Of a DNA stretch of 64,000 nucleotides, positions 57,894-64,000 are shown piece by piece. The notes beneath the pieces were generated by a model. That model searched no databases. It was given only the letters and a program-made list of their open reading frames with translations, and was not told the DNA's origin. The position numbers and the translations under genes were made by a program. Position 1 is the stretch's first letter. Every line of letters starts with the position of its first letter. The stretch is from IMG/VR virus record IMGVR_UViG_3300042510_000354, positions 1 through 64,000 of that record, one strand, 5' to 3'. The stretch comes from an uncultured virus (IMG/VR IMGVR_UViG_3300042510_000354). Its lineage: Duplodnaviria > Heunggongvirae > Uroviricota > Caudoviricetes.

Positions 57894-58212
57894 AGACTTT
57901 GTAGTTAATAGTACTGTTCATGTCTCTCAGTTTAGGTTAGTTATTGATGATATTAACAAGACAACTACAAAACTTGTTGATGATTTATGGGATACTGGTA
58001 TTACATTCATTGTAAGTGGTTCTACAGATTTAGTTGCGTTAAATGAACTAAACAACAAAATTATTAATCGGTCAGGATCTATTGGTCGTTGGAAAGTAAC
58101 AACTCCAGCAGATATTTATCTTGAACCAGCAGAGCTATTTATTTCAACTAAGGAATTATCAGATGAGCAAACTATTCGGTTGCCAGTTCAAAAGCTATTC
58201 AAGTGTATTTAA
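57871..58212 (+). CDS. Hypothetical protein
   Basis: Downstream part of ORF 57754-58212; start uncertain. Confidence 0.45.
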   Translation: MTLTDQIKDFVVNSTVHVSQFRLVIDDINKTTTKLVDDLWDTGITFIVSGSTDLVALNELNNKIINRSGSIGRWKVTTPADIYLEPAELFISTKELSDEQTIRLPVQKLFKCI

Positions 58213-58846
58213 TTCAAAGGCTAAGCCTAAAGCACCTCAAGAGCCAGAATCTCCAAATCCACCTCAACCTGTAATTCCTGAAGATAATGAAGGTAATTAC
58301 TATTGGTTTGGAAAGAACATTATGCGTAATGGCATTATGTATCTTATGGGTGAAGTAGAAGACGATTCTGTACAGCCTATTATTATGGCTATTATGGAAT
58401 ATAATCTTATGGCTAAAGAAGATCAACCAACTAAATTAGTACTATTTATTAACAGCCCAGGTGGTTTTGTTTCATCAGCATATCATTTGATTGATACAAT
58501 TAAACAATCTACCATTCCAGTAGCTACTATTGGTACTGGTGAAATTGCCTCAGCTGGAGTAATGCTATTAATGGCTGGATCTAAAGGTAATCGATTTATT
58601 ACTGAAAACTGTTCTGTAATGTCTCATCAATTCTCTCGTGGAGTAGTTGGTAAAGAACATGAAATAGCTGCTGCTTCAAAAGACTTTCAATTAGATTCCG
58701 CAAGAATGCTAACCCATTATCGTAAATGTACAGGTAAATCTGTAGCATATATTCGTAAACACTTACTACAACAATCAGATTGTTTCTTCTCTCCAGATGA
58801 AGCAGTTATACATGGTATTGTAGATGAAGTGATTAAGAATCCATAA
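58163..58846 (+). CDS. clpP: ClpP-like protease subunit
   Basis: INSPGG, G.IASAG (catalytic Ser), MSHQ, D.F.S..EA...G.VD; AAGGA RBS before ATG 58163. Confidence 0.85.
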   Translation: MSKLFGCQFKSYSSVFNSKAKPKAPQEPESPNPPQPVIPEDNEGNYYWFGKNIMRNGIMYLMGEVEDDSVQPIIMAIMEYNLMAKEDQPTKLVLFINSPGGFVSSAYHLIDTIKQSTIPVATIGTGEIASAGVMLLMAGSKGNRFITENCSVMSHQFSRGVVGKEHEIAAASKDFQLDSARMLTHYRKCTGKSVAYIRKHLLQQSDCFFSPDEAVIHGIVDEVIKNP

Positions 58847-58850
58847 CCCA

Positions 58851-58883
58851 AGCCCTGACTAGAAATAGTTGGGGCTATTTTAT
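58851..58883 (+). terminator. Rho-independent terminator
   Basis: AGCCCTGACTA-GAAA-TAGTTGGGGCT-ATTTTT. Confidence 0.8.
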
Positions 58884-58893
58884 TAAGGATACT

Positions 58894-59094
58894 ATGATAA
58901 GTGAAAAAGATATTGAAGATTGGTTACATTATGAACTAAAGGAAGTAGAACAGCAAATGGAAAAGAGTTATTGGCAATTCTCTAATTCATTATGTACTAA
59001 TGAGGAACTTAAACATTCTTATAATAAAAGTCTTGGCCAAATCACACGTATTTTAAAGAGGTTAAATGATATCAATTCCAATCGAGAATTATAA
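58894..59094 (+). CDS. Hypothetical protein
   Basis: AAGGA RBS. Confidence 0.55.
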   Translation: MISEKDIEDWLHYELKEVEQQMEKSYWQFSNSLCTNEELKHSYNKSLGQITRILKRLNDINSNREL

Positions 59095-59278
59095 ACTACT
59101 ACTTAAACTTTTAGATAGATTTAAAAATGAAAGTAAAACAGATGATATTAAAAATGATTTCGAGAATGGTTATGCCTGTGCTAGTCACTATGCTTATGAG
59201 GGTCTCTCTGAAGCATTAGACTCACTTCCTAAATTAAATAAAGTTTGTGCATTATGTAAAAAGGATATAGATGGTTAA
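59066..59278 (+). CDS. Hypothetical protein
   Basis: GAGG RBS. Confidence 0.5.
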   Translation: MISIPIENYKLLLKLLDRFKNESKTDDIKNDFENGYACASHYAYEGLSEALDSLPKLNKVCALCKKDIDG

Positions 59279-59576
59279 ATCAAATACATTATCAATAGAA
59301 GCTAGAAGAGTATTAAAAGAATACAAACTACTTGGAGAATTAAAAGATTTTAAACCAAAAGCAGATCAGAAAGGAAGAGAACATTTCTTTGCAGATAAGA
59401 TAGTAGCTATGGCAGTAAGTAATATTAATAGTAAGCGTAGATTTGAGATGGAAAGTAGAGGAAGAAGGTTTAGTTGGAGGGATACTTATAATCCTCATAA
59501 CTCCACAATATTTAATACAAGAGCTTATATCATCAAGGAACTTACAGATGAAAACACTGACGACATTAGCAAATGA
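59271..59576 (+). CDS. Hypothetical protein
   Basis: AAGGA RBS. Confidence 0.55.
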   Translation: MVKSNTLSIEARRVLKEYKLLGELKDFKPKADQKGREHFFADKIVAMAVSNINSKRRFEMESRGRRFSWRDTYNPHNSTIFNTRAYIIKELTDENTDDISK

Positions 59577-59820
59577 ATTGTTAGAGGAAATTCATGCAAT
59601 TAACAACACTAGTAATTTTAATTATTCCTCTAGTTACGGGGCATACTTAGCATTACGTATGATTAAATCTAGTAATGTTATTCAGTCAAGATATTCTTTT
59701 GAGTGGGATAATATTAGTCTTCTTCAGGATACACTCGAGCTATTAGAGGATGGCCCACCTACAAGAGTCAGACAAGAAACTCTTGTTAAAATATTGAGTA
59801 GGGAAGATGCCACGGCCTAA
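59548..59820 (+). CDS. Hypothetical protein
   Basis: AAGGA RBS before MKTLTT. Confidence 0.5.
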   Translation: MKTLTTLANELLEEIHAINNTSNFNYSSSYGAYLALRMIKSSNVIQSRYSFEWDNISLLQDTLELLEDGPPTRVRQETLVKILSREDATA

Positions 59821-60160
59821 GAAAATAACGACTATTAAAACTATTTGTTCAAGCGAATTAATAGAATTAGTAAGAAGGCGAAGATCACAAATGTTAATAC
59901 ATTCGTGTATCTATTATGAACTAAATGAAAGCATAATCTCTGATCATCAGTGGCAAGCATGGGCTGATGAATTACAAAAACTACAAGAAGAACACCCAAG
60001 TTGTTTAAGAATTGATTTTTACGATTGGGAATTTAGAGATTGGGATGGAGCCACTGGAGCACATCTGCCACACAGAAACCCTTGGGTTTTCCAGAAAGCA
60101 AATTATATTTTAAATCTTTCAAGAGAAATAAATGATCACAATTCAAGAGTTAGAAGTTAA
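59807..60160 (+). CDS. Stand-alone NAD-dependent DNA ligase domain Ia-like protein
   Basis: HS..YY..NESIISD..W.....EL..LQ..HP resembles LigA subdomain Ia (YY...P.ISD.EYD.L..EL..LE..HP). Confidence 0.55.
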   Translation: MPRPKKITTIKTICSSELIELVRRRRSQMLIHSCIYYELNESIISDHQWQAWADELQKLQEEHPSCLRIDFYDWEFRDWDGATGAHLPHRNPWVFQKANYILNLSREINDHNSRVRS

Positions 60161-61481
60161 ATTTCCTGTAGTATTAGAGATTCTCCGTATGTCAAGAGAT
60201 TGGCATGCAAGAGAACAGAGGGCTTATGAGTTTCACCCTGTGATTAAAGATATCATGAAGAAACATATTCCTGAAAATTATCGTTTGTTAGCACTAGAGT
60301 ATCCTCATATGTCTGTTAAGGATGCTAGTAATGTTGCATTTACTCGTGATGAGCGTTCAGGCGACAGTGATCGTCAGACTGTTACTACCTTCGGACGTTA
60401 TATCCGTAGAATGTTTCCACAGTTAAAGGATCATGAAATCCGTGACTTTGCTACTAAATGTCGTAATGATACATTTGAGATCTGGGAAGACTCAGATGGT
60501 ATTATTTTAAGTGTTCAGAAAGGTCCACGTTCTTGCATGACTTGGGATTCTGCCTATACACCTGGACATGATGAGTATTGTCCTGACTACTTACATCCTT
60601 ATCGGGTTTATGCACCTGAACTAGGTTGGAAAGCTGCAGTTAGACTTGACCCTGATACAAAGTCAATCAATGGTCGTGCCTTAGTATGGCATTCTGATGA
60701 TGAGAAAGAAAAATGTTTTGTTCGCAGCTATAAGAGAGGAAATGATTATAGCTATGCTGATGAGGCATTAGAGTATTGGTTAAAAGAGAGTGGTTACAAG
60801 CACTATGATGGATGGCCTGATGGCGCTCCATTAAAGTATTTTAGTAACAATAGTGAATTCTTAGCTCCGTATATTGACGGAGAACATCAGCGAGTAAGTA
60901 AAAGAAGTGGAATGACTTATAAAGGGGTTCCACATAGCTTAGTTATTTGTGAAGATGGTGACTTTGAATGTACTAATACTGATGGCGCTCCTTGCAATAG
61001 TGCTGATTGTCATTGTAATTGTTGCGATGAATACTATAACTCAGATGATATGAGGTCTGTATATGAAGATGATGATGTTTGCTATGATTGTGCAGATAAC
61101 TATTATGTAATGGCTTATGTAGATAGTACTCTCTATAAAGAGCGTATTCATGAAGATAATGTGATTACATTTGAAGGCGAATACTACCATATGGAGTATT
61201 TAGATCATCATGATTTAGTAGAAGTACAAGATGGTGAGTATGCTAAAGAAGAGGATACATATGAGACTAATAGTGACGATATCCGTGTATTAAAATCTGA
61301 TGTAGGTCCAGAAAAAGACTGGGTGCTCTTGCATGATGGTATTGCTTATCCAAGACATGAAGTGTATTGCTGTTACGCATCACTTACTTGGTATTTAATA
61401 GATGATGCAGAGCCTGTAGAATTTAATGGTAAGACTTATCACCCTGAACATTTGCCAGTAACATTGGAAGAAACAGAATGA
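60132..61481 (+). CDS. Conserved phage protein (SCM / GRALVW / PYIDG motifs, Cys/Asp-rich C-terminus)
   Basis: 449-aa ORF, CxxC clusters, coupled to the peptidase gene. Confidence 0.65.
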   Translation: MITIQELEVKFPVVLEILRMSRDWHAREQRAYEFHPVIKDIMKKHIPENYRLLALEYPHMSVKDASNVAFTRDERSGDSDRQTVTTFGRYIRRMFPQLKDHEIRDFATKCRNDTFEIWEDSDGIILSVQKGPRSCMTWDSAYTPGHDEYCPDYLHPYRVYAPELGWKAAVRLDPDTKSINGRALVWHSDDEKEKCFVRSYKRGNDYSYADEALEYWLKESGYKHYDGWPDGAPLKYFSNNSEFLAPYIDGEHQRVSKRSGMTYKGVPHSLVICEDGDFECTNTDGAPCNSADCHCNCCDEYYNSDDMRSVYEDDDVCYDCADNYYVMAYVDSTLYKERIHEDNVITFEGEYYHMEYLDHHDLVEVQDGEYAKEEDTYETNSDDIRVLKSDVGPEKDWVLLHDGIAYPRHEVYCCYASLTWYLIDDAEPVEFNGKTYHPEHLPVTLEETE

Positions 61482-62623
61482 AGACTCAATTAATCAAAGA
61501 TCTAGAATATGCGTTATCCTTCAAGAGACCACATGGTGGAACTGGAGTAACTGCGCTATGTAACTATATTGTAGAACGTGTTGGTGAGGGAGATCTATCC
61601 GTAGATTTCTGTGGTAATATTCATGTTGACATGAGAGATGATTCATCTAACGAAACTATGTTTACTGCTCACGTAGACACTGTACATCGTGAAGATGGCT
61701 TTAATACTTTTAAATATGAGGGCCAATACTTATTAGCTGATGGTGGAAAACCTCTTGGCGCTGATGACGGTGCAGGTGTTGCTATTTTACTTCATATGAT
61801 TGACCATAGAGTACCTGGTTACTATGTGTTCTTTCAAGGCGAAGAAAAAGGCGGTATCGGTTCTAGCTGGCTAGCGTTAAATGATCAAGAATTAGTTGAA
61901 CAGTTTACTAGAGCAATTACATTCGATCGTAAAGGAACTCACAGTGTTATTACTCATCAAATGTGTGGTCGTACTTGTTCTGATGATTTTGCTTACGCAT
62001 TATCTGATCAGCTTAACGATTTATGCGGTGATTTTATGTATGTTCCTGATGATACTGGTGTTTATACTGATACTGCTGAATTCTCTGGAATAATCCCTGA
62101 ATGTACTAATATTAGTGTTGGTTATTATTCTGAACATACACCTAATGAAAAATTAGATATAATTCACTTTGAAGACTTAGCTAAAGCTGTATTAGAAATG
62201 CAATGGGATAAATTACCAGTAGTTCGTGATCCAAGTTTACCAGATCCAGATGAGCTTGCGCCTACTTATTATACCTCATTCCCTACCTATAATAAAGATG
62301 CTTATGGCTATAGTAACTATGGAACTCCTTCTGCTGATTATGGTTTAGATAACGATGAAGATCCTGTAGGTCCAACAACATATACGGAAGAAGCTACTGC
62401 GTTGATTGATTGTTTAGCAGATGCTAAGTTTGGTTTAAAGACAGAGTTATTAAACTTAGTAGCTAACTTTATTCATCCTGAAAATCCAGATACTGCAATT
62501 AAATTCTTAAATAGAAATGCATTAACAGAGGAAGTTATTCTTGATGCAGAAGATATGATTCGTGTAGGTTATGAAGAGCATCAAGTAATTGAGTATTTGT
62601 TTGATATATTATACAAGGAGTAA
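61478..62623 (+). CDS. M28/M20-family zinc peptidase
   Basis: AHVDTV, LGADD.AG, GEE.G.IGS, FDRKG, YTD, N.SVGY..EH. Confidence 0.85.
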   Translation: MKTQLIKDLEYALSFKRPHGGTGVTALCNYIVERVGEGDLSVDFCGNIHVDMRDDSSNETMFTAHVDTVHREDGFNTFKYEGQYLLADGGKPLGADDGAGVAILLHMIDHRVPGYYVFFQGEEKGGIGSSWLALNDQELVEQFTRAITFDRKGTHSVITHQMCGRTCSDDFAYALSDQLNDLCGDFMYVPDDTGVYTDTAEFSGIIPECTNISVGYYSEHTPNEKLDIIHFEDLAKAVLEMQWDKLPVVRDPSLPDPDELAPTYYTSFPTYNKDAYGYSNYGTPSADYGLDNDEDPVGPTTYTEEATALIDCLADAKFGLKTELLNLVANFIHPENPDTAIKFLNRNALTEEVILDAEDMIRVGYEEHQVIEYLFDILYKE

Positions 62624-62625
62624 AC

Positions 62626-62823
62626 ATGAAACTAGTTTATGATGATACAGGTCGTTGTGTAATGGAAGGAGATAAAGTTAAAACCTTCCGTGGTGATCTT
62701 TGTGAAATTGTTAGTTTCGTTAAACCACATAACTCTAGTTCTACTGGATTAGTATATGTAAAGAAAAATAATATGGTAAGCGGATTTTATCCATCAGTAG
62801 TAGGAGCAACTTGGATTGATTAA
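62626..62823 (+). CDS. Hypothetical protein
   Basis: AAGGAG RBS. Confidence 0.6.
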   Translation: MKLVYDDTGRCVMEGDKVKTFRGDLCEIVSFVKPHNSSSTGLVYVKKNNMVSGFYPSVVGATWID

Positions 62824-62969
62824 AGTAGTAAATAAGTTAATTCGAGAGCAAGATAAAATCGTTAAACGATTCTTGCTATTAAGCCTAATACAAATCTCAG
62901 GAGAAGCAACAGTTGACACTCTAGACGAGTTAGCTATTTTAAGAAAAGAACTTTATAGGGTAATCGAGA

Positions 62970-63224
62970 ATGAACGCCAATAAAAATGTTAAATTGGAGC
63001 AAGTCATCATTGCATATAATCGTTTTAAACCAGAGAAAGACGGTACAATTAAAGTTCAATTATTAGATAAAAAGACAAGGCAAATATTAGCACAAATCTA
63101 TATAAAGAAAGTTTTATTAGAAAAGACATTTGAAGAACTTCAGGTATTTATGAGATTCAAATTCAAGAGAGAGTTTGGATTTATATTACCTAAAACATGG
63201 ACATTCTTAGGAAACACAGTATGA
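62970..63224 (+). CDS. Hypothetical protein
   Basis: Packed ORF. Confidence 0.5.
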   Translation: MNANKNVKLEQVIIAYNRFKPEKDGTIKVQLLDKKTRQILAQIYIKKVLLEKTFEELQVFMRFKFKREFGFILPKTWTFLGNTV

Positions 63225-63400
63225 AAATAGTTTATACTCTTGAAGATTTATTTGGCTATCCAATTGGTGATGTAACTGAAGACCCTAATGATAATACATT
63301 TACTGCTTATCATTATGATTCAGATAATATCTATGGACCATTTAAAACTAAAGAAGATGCAGAAGTATTTTTAAACAAGGTTGAATATGATCTCAGATGA
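63221..63400 (+). CDS. Hypothetical protein
   Basis: AGGA RBS before MKIVY; GPFKT..DA motif. Confidence 0.5.
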   Translation: MKIVYTLEDLFGYPIGDVTEDPNDNTFTAYHYDSDNIYGPFKTKEDAEVFLNKVEYDLR

Positions 63401-63617
63401 AGAACATGCAAAAGTAGTTGAGTTAGTTTATGCTCATGACTATTATCTACATATATTTAATACTGTAAGAAAGTATTATATTGATCGTAATATGAAGATG
63501 AATACCCCTTATTTCTGGAATGACTTTTGGATTGAATTGCCAGATAATGCATCAATCCGTAGAGCACCCTTCTGGGACATCTGTAATTTAGCAGAGCGGA
63601 TTTATGACACTAACTGA
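63381..63617 (+). CDS. Hypothetical protein
   Basis: Packed ORF. Confidence 0.5.
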   Translation: MNMISDEEHAKVVELVYAHDYYLHIFNTVRKYYIDRNMKMNTPYFWNDFWIELPDNASIRRAPFWDICNLAERIYDTN

Positions 63618-63822
63618 AATATGTAAAAAGCACAAGGAAGAAATTCCTAATTTTTTAGAAAGATGGGATATGTCAGACGAATTATTTCAAGACCTTTATG
63701 ATTATTATTTTGATGATATACCCTATGGTATAAAGAAAGCTAGAACAGGTGATCCTGAAGAGTGGGTTGCTGAACGTTTTAATGATGATGTTTATTGTGA
63801 AATGGAGTTGAAGTTAGAATGA
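63604..63822 (+). CDS. Hypothetical protein
   Basis: PYG.KKARTGDP.EW motif. Confidence 0.55.
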   Translation: MTLTEICKKHKEEIPNFLERWDMSDELFQDLYDYYFDDIPYGIKKARTGDPEEWVAERFNDDVYCEMELKLE

Positions 63823-64000
63823 GCGATGTAGAAAAATACTATGATGCTATTCGTGCTAAATGGCCTGAACCTTTACCTGATTGGCATAGGCTAGGAATCC
63901 AACGACAGCAAATGGTAATCCAGTCCATTAATATCTTAATCCAAGCTTTACACATGAGGTAATATGAGTACAACTAAAGTTTATTTCAGAGATCACGATT

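Noticed and set aside
1052..58426. Minus-strand and alternate-frame ORFs in the track (e.g. 7457-7870, 12293-12682, 29044-29499, 55014-55316)
   Set aside because: They lie within well-supported + strand genes, have no recognisable motifs, and are shadow ORFs of biased codon usage

Overview
The window is a 64-kb slice of an AT-rich tailed dsDNA phage genome, and every credible gene lies on the + strand. In order it holds: (1) the C-terminus of a single-subunit (T7-family) RNA polymerase abutting the head genes; (2) a siphovirus-type head/neck/tail module with a -1 frameshifted tail chaperone, a 2442-aa tape measure and about 24 kb of tip, fibre and adhesin genes; (3) two 2OG-Fe(II) oxygenases and a terminator-bounded heme oxygenase + PcyX-type bilin reductase cassette; (4) tiny membrane-protein ORFs; (5) a second T7-like RNA polymerase followed by a T7-like replication module (SSB, PolA, exonuclease, primase-helicase), two tRNAs, nucleotide enzymes and a class Ia RNR with a glutaredoxin domain inside NrdA; (6) ClpP, an M28 peptidase and many small hypothetical genes. 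A T7-style promoter motif (TACCAGGGKACGCTAAA|G) occurs three times, and two copies form the 5' arm of a conserved hairpin. The highlights are the apparent two-RNAP transcription system with its promoter/hairpin element and the HO/PcyX pigment cassette. All calls come from reading motifs by eye; no database searches were run.
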